Program-made: the position numbers and the translations under genes
Notes under the pieces: generated by a model
Seen by the model: the letters and a program-made list of their open reading frames with translations, nothing else
Told to the model about the DNA's origin: nothing
Database searches by the model: none
Shown: one piece after another, positions 24,606 to 37,536 of the stretch
Layout: each line of letters opens with the position of its first letter
How positions within the stretch are numbered: position 1 is the first letter of the stretch
NCBI GenBank assembly: GCA_036785375.1
Contig: JAWMAR010000203.1
Span: forward strand, 3,968,001 to 4,032,000
Direction of reading: 5' to 3'
Length of the DNA stretch: 64,000 bases
Source: Leucoraja ocellata
Taxonomy: Eukaryota

Positions 24606-25226
24606 TAGTGGGACTGGGGCAATGCCAGGCTGGGGGAAGGCTAAGGCAGGAAAATGCCTAACCCTAACTCCCCCCCCCCCCTTCCAGAGCAGCCCATGGC
24701 TGGCCAATAGACAATAGATGCAGGAGTAGGCCATTCAGCCCTTCGATCCAGCACCGCCATTCAATGTGATCATGGCTGATCATCCCCAATCAGTACCCGT
24801 TCCTGCCTTTTCCCCATATCCCCTGACTCCACTATTTTTAAGCCCTATCTAGCTCCCTCTTGAAAGCATCCAGAGAACCTGCCTCCATCGCCCTCTGAGC
24901 CAGAGAATTCCACAGACTCATCACTCTCTGTGAGAAAAAGTGTTTCCTCGTCTCCGTTCTAAATGGCTTACTCCTTATTCTTAAACTGTGGCACCTGGTT
25001 CTGGCTGGAGCTGAAGCTGCTTTGGGACAGGCTGCAGGCTCCGTACGTGTGGCCCCGCAGCGCATCCACCTTGACCAGCACGTCCTTCTGAATCATCGTG
25101 GTGATGATGGTGGGGGGCAGTACTGCCCTGCACGCCACCCATAGCCCCGGCTCCATCAGACTGCCCGCTCGCTTGCTGCAACATCGGCAGCCTGACAGCC
25201 CGACCGACCCCTCGCCGCACCCACGG

Positions 25227-25346
25227 GAGGCCCGACCCAATGCTCACCAATCCAGCAGAGGCCCGGCCAGATACTCACCAATCCACCAGAGGCCCGGCCA
25301 GATACTCACCAATCCACCAGAGGCCCGGCCAGATACTCACCAACCC
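25227..25346. repeat. 31-bp minisatellite, ~3.8 copies
   Basis: Unit gaggcccggccagatactcaccaatccacca. Confidence 0.9.
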
Positions 25347-26183
25347 GATTGACCGGCTGACTGACTGGACCATAACTGTACATTTGTTATTTATCATTTT
25401 TATTTAACAGTTCACATTATAACTTTATAAAGCTAAATCAATTGAGAAACAAAATGAATAGCAAGGTGAGCAATACCTTTATTCCTTGGAAACCTTGTAA
25501 TAGTTTTGATGTAATGAGGAGGCAGCCATGATCCCAGAGTCCTCGCTGCCTAGCGACCATATAACAAAGCGCAGGATTGGTCAATTTGCGTCCGACCTCA
25601 ATGTCAAACGTGCATTGATTGGGCAATTACTACTCAGGAAATTTTAGGTTTTTCTCATATTTCTTAAGAATGTGCAGGTTTTGGTCGATGAGTTTCAGGT
25701 ATGATTTATATAATATTTTAAATATGTTCCGTGAGTTGGGTCACGAACCTGAATGAAAAAGCTCCTCGGCCACAGCTTATCTGAGAGGAAAAGATAGATC
25801 AGCCATGATTAAATGGCAGAATAGACTCGATGGGCCGGATGGCCTAGTTCTTCCCCAATGACGTATGAACTTATGACTGGTTGGGATCATGTAAATCCCT
25901 TGAGAAATTAAATCCCTTGAGTAGATGTAGGAGAAGAGTATCAGATCGTATCATATCAAATCGTAATAACTGTACATCAAAGTCTCTTTTACTGTTCCTC
26001 TTCTTGCCTGGTTAACTTTAATTGAGTTTTTTGTTCCACGAAAGATTGTTCAATATAGGAGGCGCCATCGTGTCGCCATGTTAAACCGTTATTTTACCCT
26101 TTAATTATGAACCCGCGTTCTTAATGCTATCCTCCTCCAATATTAGAATTGAGGAGGTTTATTGTCCATTTGACCCATTATGA

Positions 26184-26483
26184 GGGCGACACGGTGGCTC
26201 AGCGATAGAGTTGCTGCTTCACAGCGCCAGTGACCCGGGTTACGGGTGCTGTCTGTACGGAGTTCGTTCGTTCGTGCTCCTAGTGACCTGGGTGGATTTT
26301 CTCCGAGATCTTCGGTTTTCTCCAGCACTCCAAAGACGTACTGTTTATGGGTTAATTGGCTTAGTATAAATGTAAATTGTCCCTGGTGCTGTAGGATGGT
26401 GTTTATGTGTAGGGAACGCTGGTCAGCGCGGACCTGGTGGGCCGAAAGGCCTGTTTCCGCGCTGTATCCCTAAACTAAACTAA
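26184..26483 (+). mobile_element. Full-length V-SINE (HE1-like)
   Basis: Head gggcgacacggtggctcagcg, V-domain, tail gctgtatccc(taaac)n. Confidence 0.82.
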
Positions 26484-26784
26484 AAGAGGGAAATGAAGAG
26501 GGCAAAAAGAGGTTAAGTACTGCTTTGGCAAATAATGTAAAAGATCCTCTGAAGATATTCTAAGTGTATATTAAGGGCCTAAGAGAAACTAGAGAGATAA
26601 TAGGGCTATTTATAGATCAACAAGGTAATCCATGTTGGAGCCACATGAGATAAGCAAGATGTTAAACCAAGAGTCAGCTGTCAAAAGTGCTTAATTGTTA
26701 GATGTACTGCATGGAACAACAGAACAATTAAATGCTTACTTGCTGGCAGCTTACCAGGTCTATAAATGCAACAGCACACCGATA

Positions 26785-27700
26785 ACATAGAAAAATAGTT
26801 GCAGGAGTAGGCCATTCTGCCCTTTAAGCCAGCACCGCCATTCAATACGATCATGGCTGATCATCTAAAATCAGTACCCCGTTCCTGTTTTTCCCCCCCA
26901 TATACCTTAATTCCTATAGCCCACAAGAACTAAATCTAACTCTCTCTTGAAAACAACCAATGAATTGGCCTCCACGGCCTTCTGTGACAGAGAATTCCAG
27001 ATTCACAACTCTCTGGGTGAAAAGGTGCTTCCTCATCTCACTCCCAACCCCTTAAACCGTGACCTCTGGTTCTGGACTCCCCCAACATCGGGAACATTTT
27101 TTTCCTGCATCTAGCATGCCCAATCCTTTAAGAATGTTATAGCTTCTATAAGATCCCCTCTCATCCTTCTAAATACAAAAATAGTATTTCTAAATACAAG
27201 CCCAGTTGACCCATTCTTTCATCATATGTCAGTCCCGCCATCCTGGGAATTAACCCGGTGAACCCACGCTGCACTCCCACAATAGCAAGAAAGTCCTTCC
27301 TCAAATTAGGAGACCAAAATTGCACACAATACTCCAGGTGCGGTCTCACCACGGCCCTGTACAGCTGCCATATGACTTCCTTGCTCCCAAACTCAAATCC
27401 ACACGCAATGAAGACCAACATGTCATTAGCTTACTTCACTGCCTGCTGTACCTGCATGCTTACTTTCAGTGGCTGATGTACAAGCACACCCAGGTCTTGT
27501 TGCACCTCCCCTGTTCCTAATCTGACATCATTCAGATAATAATCTGCCTTCCTGTTCTTGCCACCACAGTGGATAGCATCACATCTATCCACATTGTACT
27601 AGATCTGCCATGCATCTGCCCACTAACCCAACCTATCCAAGTCACCCTGCAGCCTCATAGCATCCTCCTCGCAGCTCACACTGCCACCCAGCTTGGTGTC
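26785..27700 (-). mobile_element. CR1 LINE 3' fragment
   Basis: ORF 27161-27421 ([14 protein letters not shown]) plus the 3' tail. Confidence 0.88.
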
Positions 27701-27984
27701 AACGACAATATAATCAAACAAACAATAAATTAATAACTATAATACTAGCTAACCGCCATAGAGCAAGATAAAACAGTCCCTATTGCAACCAAAGACACAG
27801 TCCAGAGAACATTTTTGCTGAGGTTAGTGTTGTGTAGTGTTCAAGAGCCTGATGGTTGCTGGGAAGAAGCTATTCTTTAACCTGGAGGTCACAGTTTACA
27901 GCCTCATGTACCTTCTTCCTGATAATAGGGGTGAAATGAGAGGATGGCCAGTGTGGTGCGGGTCTTTCATGAAGAAACTTGATT

Positions 27985-28885
27985 TGGATGAGTACAAGGC
28001 AAGATTAGCAAGTTTGCTGATGATACAAAAGTGAGTGGTTTTGCAGATAATTGTGAAAGATTGCAGCAAGGTGGTGGGCAGAGGAATGGTTGATGGAATT
28101 TAATACGGTGAAGTGTGAGGTGTTGCATTTTGGGACGTCGAACAAGGGCAGGACCTACTCAGTAAGTGGTAGGCCACTGGGTAGTGTTGTAGAGCAGAGG
28201 GCTCTAGTACAGGTGCATGGTTCCTTGAAGGTCGAGTCACAGGCAGATAAGGTGGTCAAAAAGGCACTTTGGCCTTTATCAGTCAGAGTATTGAGTATGG
28301 AAGTTAGGAGGCCATGTTGCAGTTGTACAAGACGTTGGTGAGACCGCATTTAGAATATTGTGTTCAGTCTGGGCACCATGTTATAGGAAAGATATTGTCA
28401 AGCTTGAAAGGGTTCAGAAAAGATTTACGAGGATGTTGCCAGGACTAGAGGCTGTGAGCTATAGGAGAGGTTGAATAGGCTGGGTCTCTATTCCATGGAG
28501 CATAGGAGGATGAGGAGAGATCTTATAGAGTTATACAAAATCATGGGAGGAAATAGATCAGGTAGATGAACAGAGCCTTTTACCCAGAGTAGGGGAATAG
28601 AGGACCAGAGGACATAGGGTTCAAGGTGGAGGGGAAAATATCTGAGCAGTAACTAGGAATCCGATGGGTAAATCTTTCACACAGAGAGTGGTGGGTTTAT
28701 GGAACAAGCTGACAGAGGAGATCGGTGAGGCTGGGACTATCCCATCGTCTAAGAAATGGTTAGACAGGTACATGGATAGGACAGGTTTGGAAAGGTATGG
28801 ACCAAGCGCAGGCAAGTGGGACTAGAGTAGCTGGGACATTGTTGGCCATTGTGGGCAAGTTGGGCCAAAGAGCCTGTTTTCACAC
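27985..28885 (+). mobile_element. CR1 LINE 3' fragment (degenerate)
   Basis: MEFNTVKCEVLHFG and LEYCVQ motifs, CR1-like tail. Confidence 0.85.
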
Positions 28886-29159
28886 TATATCAATCAATGA
28901 CACTAAACCGCAGATGCTGGTTTACATAAAGGGACACAAAGTGCTAGTGTAAATCAGTGGTTCAAGCAGCATCTCTGCAGAAAAGGAATCAGTGCCGTTT
29001 CGGATCCAAAGAAGGGTCTCAACCTGAAACATCACCTATTCCTGCTCTCCATAGATGCTGTCTGACCCGCTGAGTTACTCCAGCATCTTTGGTGTAAATG
29101 AGCATCTAAAGTTCCTTCCAATACAGCATGTATGTTGACTAACTCCAGCATCTTAGATC

Positions 29160-32100
29160 TCCCCAAATAGTAGCCCAGATGTAGGGTGTAAGTTGCAGCA
29201 GGAGGTAAAACTGGCATGTAACAAAGGTAATGCCACTGTGGTGATGGGGGATTTCAATATGCAGGTAGACTGGGAAAATCAGCTTGGTTCAGGACGCCAA
29301 GAAAGAGTTTGTAGAGTGCCTCCAAGATGGATTCTTAGAGCAGCTTGTAATGGAGCCAACCAGAGAAAAGGCAATTCAGGAATTAGTGTTGTCCAATTAA
29401 CCAAATTTGATAAGAGAACACGAGGTAAAGGAACCGCTTGGAGGTAATGATCATAATATGATTAGTTTTAATCTGCAATTTGAGAAGGAGAAAGTTAAAT
29501 CGGAAGTGTCAGTGATGCAGCTGAACAAAGGGAACTATGAAGGCATGAGTGAGGAGCTGGCCAAGGTAGACTGGAAAGGGATACTAGCAAGAATGACGGT
29601 GGAACAGCAATGGCAGGAATTTCTGGGCATAATCATGAAGACGCAGGATCATTTCATTCTAAAAAGGAAGAAAGATTCTAAGGGGAGTAGGAGGCAACCG
29701 TGGCTGACAAGAGAAGTTAGGGATAGAATAAAACTAAAAGAAAAGATGTATAAAACAACAAAGAGTAGCAGGAAGCCAGAGGATTGGGAAACTTCCATAG
29801 GACACCAGAAGGAAACAAAACGGGCAATACGGGCTAAAAAGATGAAGTATGAAGGGAAGCTGGCCAGGAATATAAAGAACAGTAAAAGCTTCTTTAAGAT
29901 ATGTTAAGGGAAAAAGAGAAGCAAAGTCAAATGTGGGTCCCCTGAAGGCAGACACGGGTGAAATTATTCTGGGGACCAAAGAAATGGCAGAAGAGTTGAA
30001 CAGGTACTATGGATCTGTCTTCACTAAGGAAGACACACACAATCTCCCAGCAGTACTGGATAACAGAGGATCTAAAGGGGTTGAGGAACTGAAACAAATC
30101 TCAATGGGGTTAGGTTAGGTAAGGGGGAGGTACAGCAAGACCTGGGTGTCCTTGTACATCGGTCACTGAAAATTGGAGTGCAGGTACAACAGGCAGTGAA
30201 GTAAGCTAATGGATTGTTGGCCTTCATAACAAGAGGATTTCAGTATAGGTTCTTCTGCATAGAAACATGGAAAATAGGTGCAGGAGTAGGCCATTCGGCC
30301 CTTCGAGCCTGCACCACCATTCAATATGATCATGGCTGATCATCCAACTCAGTATCCTGTACCTGCCTTCTCTCCATACCCCCTGATCCCTTTAGCCACA
30401 AGGCCCACATCTAACTCCCTCTTAAATATAGCCAATGAACTGGCCTCAACTACCTTCTGTGGCAGAGAATTCCAGAGATTCACCACTCTCAGTGTGAAAA
30501 ATGTTTTCCTCATCACAGTCCTAAAAGATTTACCCCTTATCCTTAAACTGTGACCCCTTGTTCTGGACTTCCCCAACATCGGGAACAATCTTCCTGCATC
30601 TAGCCTGTCCAACCCCTTAAGAATTTTGTAAGTTTTGAGGAAATATTATATAAATAGTACCCCTTGGATAGTGACTTTTATATAAGCTAGGTAATTTGCA
30701 AAAGAAAAACAAGGTTTTCCTGAACTGAAATAAAGTGCAAACAGACAGATGCACACAGGCAAAGATGAATCAAAACATGGAGGCCTGAACCTGAACCTGC
30801 TTAGCTTAGGTTTATCGCTAAGGCACTGGAGGAAATTGTATTTGATATGACTTTGTGTTGAAGAATAGATAACTGAAAAGGGGCCTCTTCTTAGGCCAGA
30901 GGTCAGTTGTTCTTTCCTTTGTGGACATTCTTGAACTGTGAGGTTTGAGCTGAGTGTGAGATAATAGGCCCTGTAGTTAGCCTTGGCTATGTTGAATTAG
31001 GATGGATGTGAGGGGAGTAGTTGTAAAAGACCTTGTAGAGAGATTAGAAATACAGCTTCCAGAGATAGCATGAAAAGGGGAGGCTGTAAGTTAAGCTGTA
31101 TGAAGTATGTAAGATAAGTGAATGAAGCTGTATCCTGGAACCAAACACTAATTAATTAAATTGACAGATTTACGACCCATGTATGCTTGATTGGGATGTG
31201 AAGGATTTTGAACTTAGGAACTGTAATTCAGCAAACTTATATAATTAATGTTTTAAAGACATAGGTAAAAGTATTTAAAACTGTGAAATTAATGTGAAAC
31301 AATTTATGAAATGTATTGTCTTAGCTTCAATGGAAACATTACATAGAAATTGTTTAGATTTATAGAAATATATTTCTTCTTGGTATGGGAAGTGTGTATG
31401 ACTTGTGTGATCATTGTGTTATATACATATCTTGTATTTTGAGGAGTGGTCTTTCATAAGAGCCTATTGGGTTTTGCTGTGTTGAAATAAAATAATTCTA
31501 AAACAAAGTTATACCACAGGCAAACAAAGGCTGTAATGAGACCAGGGAAGGGGATCATGTGTCTGATGTTGTAAATCACCAGAAGGACTCACATGATTGG
31601 TTACTAGCTTGTCATACCCTCTGTATCTGAAATGACTAATACCTATATAAATGCCATGAGTTTGTATCAAAGTTACTCCTCTTTGGACCCGCCCCAGAGC
31701 ATCAGCTCTGTGTTGGAAGGTTCAAGAGACTAGTCTCAGCTGAACAAAGAATTGATTTTAACAGCAACAAGTGTTTGAGTCAAGTTGACTTTAGATTGAC
31801 AGAACTCAGTTTAACAGTTTCTATAAGATCCCCCCTCAATCTTCTAAATTCTAGCGAGTACAAACCGAGTCTATCCAGTCTTTCTTCATATGAAAGTCCT
31901 GACATCCCAGGAATCAGTCTGGTGAACCTTCTCTGTATTCCCTCTACGGCAAGAATGTCTTTCCTCACATTAGGAGACCAAAACTGTACGCAATACTCCA
32001 GGTGTGGTCTCACCAAGACCCCGTACAACTGTAGTAGAACCTCCCTGCTCTTATACTCAAATCCTTTTGCTATGAATGCAAACATACCATTTGCTTTCTT

Positions 32101-32675
32101 CACTGCCTGCTCTGGTAAGACCACATCTGGAGTATTGCGTACAGTTTTGGTCTCCTAATTTGAGGAAGGACATCCTTGTGATTGAGGCAGTGCAGCGTAG
32201 GTGCACAAGATTGATCTATAGGATAGTGGGACTGTCATACGAGGAAAGATTGAAAAGACTGGGCTTGTATTCCCTGGAGTTTAGAAGAATGAGGTGGGAT
32301 CTTATAGAAACGTATAAAAGAACTGGACAAGCTAGATGTAGGAAAAATGTTCCTAATGTTGGGCGAGTCCAGAACCAGGGACCACAGTCTTAGAATAAAG
32401 GGGAGGCCATTTAAGACTGAGGTGGAGAAAAAACCTTTTCACCCAGAGAGTTGTGAATTTGTGGAATTCCCTGCCACAGAGGCCAGTGGAGGCCAAATCA
32501 CTGGATGGATTTAAGAGAGAGTTGGATAGAGCTCTAGGGGCTAGTGGAATCAAGGGATATGGGGAGAAGGCAGGCACGGGTTATTGATTGAGGACGATCA
32601 ATCATGATTGCAATGAATGGCGGTGATGGCTCGAAGGGCCGAATGGCCTCCTCCTGCACCTATTTTCTATGTTTC
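29160..32675 (+). mobile_element. Internally deleted CR1 (29160-30258 plus 32111-32675), split by a minus-strand CR1 (30259-32110) that contains a solo LTR
   Basis: Endonuclease C-terminal ORFs, RT core missing at ~30100, sequence resumes at 32111. Paralogous to 58595-60735. Confidence 0.85.
30636..31816 (+). mobile_element. Solo LTR (~1.18 kb)
   Basis: TG...CA termini, 4-bp TSD GTTT (30632-30635, 31817-31820) cleanly interrupting the CR1 sequence gtaagtttctataag, TATA-like ctatataaatg near 31642. Confidence 0.8.
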
Positions 32676-34324
32676 TGTCCCTTGCTGTGTCTGTCTTTCG
32701 CTCTATCCTTCCCTCCCTCTCTCACTGTCTCTCTGCCTTTCGCTCTCTCCTTCCCTCCCTCTCTCTCTCGCTGTCTCTTTGTCTTTCGCTGGAGTAACTC
32801 AGCGGGTCAGGCAGCATCTCTGGAGAGAAGGAATAGGTGACATTTTGGGTCGAAACCCTTCTTCGGACCCTCCATTGATCCAGCCTGACCTGCTGAGTTC
32901 ACCAGCACTTTGCTCTTAAAATAAATTTGTGGTCCGCTGAAGAAACAACACGATAGACCACTCTGGAAGTGCCAGTTTTGCTGTACACTTCATACAGTAG
33001 AACATATCATAATACACCCCGAATGATTTAATGGGGTTAGTTTTTGTTAATCTGTTGTCTAGAAGTAATCGGGTACCCACCCTATGTACCTTTTATCAGA
33101 TTTAAATCGGAATTCCGATTTTTTCGTTTTCCTACAAGCCAATTTTATTGTGCCCGATTATTTGGCGGCCAATCAACCGCTGTCTCTAAGGGGGTTGCGT
33201 CCAATCACCAACGAGCTTCCTTTAAAATTTCCATCCAATCAACAAATCGGTCTCCTCCCGTCCAATCAGCCACTGTCTCCAAGGGCATTACTTTTTCTAT
33301 TTTCTGCCCCCAATAAGAAACTGCATTTTCAGATTAATTGTTTCAGTTAAATTAGAATGGATGGGGAGAAAATTAAATAAGTAGTACCAATAGTTTTTTC
33401 CAGCGTAAATCGTGAGTGGTGAATATTTTATTGCGGGTGGTTTCATTTAGCAAAACAATAGTGCAAGCGGAAATATCACTATCAAATTTTATTATATATC
33501 ACTATCAAATCAATATCAAATATCTAAAATTTCAGATTTGTGTACCCCTGTGAAAATAAGCATACTGAGATACTTTAAAAGACAGCGTCTTCAGGTCAAT
33601 GAAGAAATAAATGATAATGAAAATACTCAGCCAGAAAATCGGCAAAATTACTTGAAAATGATAATGTAACTGATGCAGCTGTTTCGCCTGTTGCTGCATG
33701 TGAAGACATTTCAAAATATATTGAAAAATGTGATCTTCCAGACTGTTGGACACAAGAAATGTACTTAAACAAAGCGACAGAATATCCCTGACTAATTGTT
33801 AAAAACAGAAAACTAGGATGTAGTGTATGCAGCAAGTGTGGTCATCTTGGACCTGAACGAACACAAGGAATTCATTTGTGTCGTGAGTGGTGCAGTAGGA
33901 GTGAGTGATGACAAAGCAAAACAGTTAATGAGTTTAAGAAAAAATATTTTTAAGCACAAAAATAGTGAAGCTCATATCAGATGCCAAAAAATCAATGAAA
34001 CAGCTGAAAAAAAGCAATAGAAATGTAGTGTATATGTCACTGAAAAAGGACAAGGCAAAAACAGGTCGAGTTTTTAGAACTGTATATAATATTGTACACA
34101 TAGGTAGGCCATACACAAATATGTCTTCTGATATTGAACTGCAAGAAAGAAATGGCATCAACTTAGTTCTACACTCTCGTAAGTCATGTGCAAATGTTTC
34201 TCACCACATAGGGAAATAGGGCTCGAAATTAGCGGTGGCACGGTTGCTAATGGCAACCTACAGTTTTGCCGGGCAACCTGAAAGTCATGCCATTTTGCCC
34301 AGCTTGGCAAGTACCCGGGACTGT

Positions 34325-34760
34325 AGACAATGCTGGAGAAAATCAGCGGTGAGGCAGCATCTATGGAGCGAAGGAATAGGCGACGTTTCGGGTGGAGACC
34401 CTTCTTCAGACTGATGTCGGGAAAAAGAAAGGAAGAGGCGGAGACAGTAGGCTGTGGGAGAGCTGGGAATGGGAGGGGAAGGAAGGAGAAAGCAAGGACT
34501 ACCTTTGAAATTGGAGAAGCCAATGTTTATGTCGGTGGGGTGTAAACTACCCAAGCGAAATACGAGGTGCTGTTCCTCCAAATTGCGGTGGACCTCACTC
34601 TGGCCATTGAGGAGGCCCATGATAGAAAGGTTGGATTCAGAATCAGAGGGGAAGTAGAAGTGCTGAGCCACCGGGAGATCGGGTTGGTTAATGCGAACTG
34701 AGGAGTTGTGTGAAGCGATCGCCAAGCCTGCGCTTGGTCTCACCGAGGTTGATCATACGC
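34325..34760 (-). mobile_element. Penelope-like element 3' end (GIY-YIG C-terminus plus pLTR with hammerhead core)
   Basis: GETKRRLGDRF and LPVAQHF...LEEQHLVFRLGSLHP..INIGFSNF, followed by CTGAAGA...GAAACGTC. Confidence 0.88.
34381..34409 (-). ncRNA. Minimal hammerhead ribozyme core in a Penelope pLTR
   Basis: CTGAAGA-A-GGGT-CTCC-ACCC-GAAA-C-GTC. Confidence 0.7.
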
Positions 34761-36325
34761 TGAATAATCCAACCAGAATTTTGTTTGGAAGTGGAAAGAA
34801 ATAATAGAAATTGCATTAATTGCAACATGTAAAAAGAGATGAGATACTGTATTGTAATTTTGCTGCATGTCATTGTGGTATGTCTTGATTGGTGAATATG
34901 TTTAGTTTGCGACTTTATTTGAAGCAGAAATAATCGCATTATCGCACGTGTCATCTAAGCCGTCTTAAATGACCACCTAAACTATCATTTGGCAACCTAC
35001 AAAGCTGCTTAGGTTGCCCGGCTGGCAACAGGGGAAAAAGTTAAGCGAGAGCCCTGGGAACTAGATGCGAAAGAGTAGCAGAAAATATAATTTCAAAACA
35101 ATCTAAAATGTCTATTATGATTGATGAATCTACTACTATTAATGGGAAAACTGTTCTAGTAGTCTGCTTGAGAGCAGCCGTTGGTGAATCTTCCCAACCT
35201 ATATCATTCTATTTTGACTTAGAACATATGTAACTTGGTGAAGAAGGGTTTCGGCCCGAAACATTGCCTATTTCCTTTGCTCCATAGATGCTGCTGCACC
35301 CGCTGAGTTTCTCCAGTATTTTTGTGTACCTGAAACTTGGTGCAAATTCAAAATCTATATATATGATGGGCTTCTAAGGTGCTTACAAGGAGGCGTTTTT
35401 TCAATACAGTACCTAAAAGAAAATGAGATATCACATGTAACTGATGGTGCATCAGTAATGTTAGGATGAAATGCAGGGGTTGCAAAACTATTTCTTGAGG
35501 ACTTCCCTAATGCAACTGTTTGACACTGTGCCAGTCACAGGCTTGAACTCAGTGAAGGTGATGCTAGAAGTGAAGTTGCAGGTTTGAATCATTTTCAGAT
35601 ATTTTGTGATAAATTGTATTCCTTATATCATAGGTCTCCTAAGAATCAGGATGAGTTAATTGCATGCGCTGAGGCTCTTCACTGTCAACTGTTGAAAATT
35701 GGTTGTGTTTTCAATGTGAGATGGGTTGCTTTGTCTTAAGGAATTGTAAAGGCAATGTGGCCGTCTTATAAAGCTGGGAGCATTTTGGAAAAGCAAGCTG
35801 TGATGCTTCAAGATCTAGTGCAGAGAGAGCAAAGTACGAGGGGCTGAAAAAAAAATTAGAATCATCAGCTTTCGTAAATAATTTGGGCTCGTTGATGGTG
35901 CAATAAACTATATTGTACAATAAACTATATTATAAACACACAATAAACAAGTTATGCATTTTGTACTCTTACATGGGTATAACCGCCTATAAAAAAATGT
36001 CCCCCCCCCTTCCCAACCTCAGCCTCACAGACCTCAGAGTACCCCTAGTTCCTAAAACCCATTTCCCTCACTGGAAACCACACACCTCCATATTCAGTGA
36101 TAGTTTCTTCCCAGCTGTTATCAAGCAACTGAACCACCCTACCAACAACTGGAGAGCGATCCTGAGCGACTATCAAGCAATTCAAAAGAGAGTTAGATAG
36201 AGCTCTTGGGGCTAACGGAATCAAGGGGTAATGGGGAGAAGGCAGGAACGGGTTGCTGATTGTGGATGATCAGCCATGATCACATTGAATGGCAGTGCTG
36301 GCTCGAAGGACCGAATGGTCTTTAC

Positions 36326-37070
36326 CAGGCACGGAAATCGCTATCAAAATATGGAGGAGACTGGGGGATACCATTTTTAGCGGCTGCGTGCGCATGCACT
36401 CGCTCACACACACACGCGAGGCTTTGGAGGCTCAATCCAGCGCTAAATGCAGCTCAACTCTGCCTGTCTCGCCGGGTTAACCTACAGCCCTGCCTGGACT
36501 GACGGGACACCAGCGCTGCTTCTCCGCGCTGGCCATATTTCCCACAAGCCCAGGCAGGTTAACCTGGCGGGACAGGCAGAGTTGAGCTGGGTTTAGCGGT
36601 GCGTCTCTGCGCTGGCTGTGGGCCTGGGGGTACAGCTCGCATCCGACTCCTGACCTCTCTGGCCACCCATGGGGGTGGGGGGGGGGGGGGAGGGGGGCAC
36701 TCGGGTGGGGACGGGAGAGCGCGGGAGACCTGGCCGGGATCTATCCTGGCTGCGGATGAGGCGCCGGTCTGTGCCACGTCTCCCTCTTCCAATTACCGTG
36801 CACTATCCTCAGTCCCACCCACGCCTTCCTCCTCCAATGATCGCGCTGAATCATCATGTCCCGCCCCATTGCCTGCTGCCCAAAGTCCCTCTTGTCCAAT
36901 CAGCGCCCTCGATCAGCAGTCCGACCCCCACTGTCTCGCAGAAAGCATAGATTTCACCGGGTTTTAAAATCCAGATTACAAAAAAATGGGGGGGGGGGGG
37001 GGGGGGGGTGGGGAGGGATGTTCACCACCTCTCAAAACAGAGGGGACACACCCCTGGTTTTCCACCCCTG
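36326..37070. mobile_element. Non-autonomous hAT element, copy 2
   Basis: Same termini and interior as 5047-5606; imperfect 8-bp TSD gtctttac / ccctttac. Confidence 0.82.
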
Positions 37071-37536
37071 CCCTTTACCATGTATCTACATACTGTAAAT
37101 GGCTCAATTGTAATCATGTATTGTCTTTCCGCTGACTGGTCAGCAAGCAACAAAAGCTTTTCACTTTACATGACAACAAACTGAACTAAGGTTAAGTAAC
37201 ATAGACTTCCTTCAAGATATCAGTAGTAACATCTGCAAGAACCCCCTGCATTCAGGACTTTCTCCAAGGGAAATACAGAGGAAATGTCACAGCAACTATC
37301 CTAGCAAAGCCAGACTGATGTCACTTTACCTGCCGCACCACAGAGGTACATTCAATCAGGTTTTCAATCTTTAGTTTTAGAGATACAGCGCGGAAACAGA
37401 CCGTTTGGCCCACCGAGTCCTCGCTGAACGGAAACATTGTAATGCGAGCTTACTCATAATAACTCTCGCCTCATCAACCGTGAAGAACACCAAGACTCAA
37501 GCACCTGCAACCACCCACACCCAGAAAGGAACTTAC

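Larger units (their letters stand above)
34217..35056. mobile_element. hAT-like MITE inserted in the transposase remnant
   Basis: Ends tagggctcgaaattagc... and ...gttaagcgagagccctg; its right portion recurs at ~37700-37820. Confidence 0.65.
33600..35900 (+). pseudogene. Degenerate hAT transposase (ZNF862/KIAA1586-like)
   Basis: KLGCSVC (TTF-type finger-like), IFKHKNSEAH, FRTVY, LHSRKSC, IMIDESTT, TDGASVMLG, HCASHRLEL and KLYSLYHRSPKN, with stops and frameshifts. Confidence 0.8.

Noticed and set aside
25227-25346. CRISPR-like array
   Set aside because: Head-to-tail repeats with no unique spacers, in a vertebrate context.
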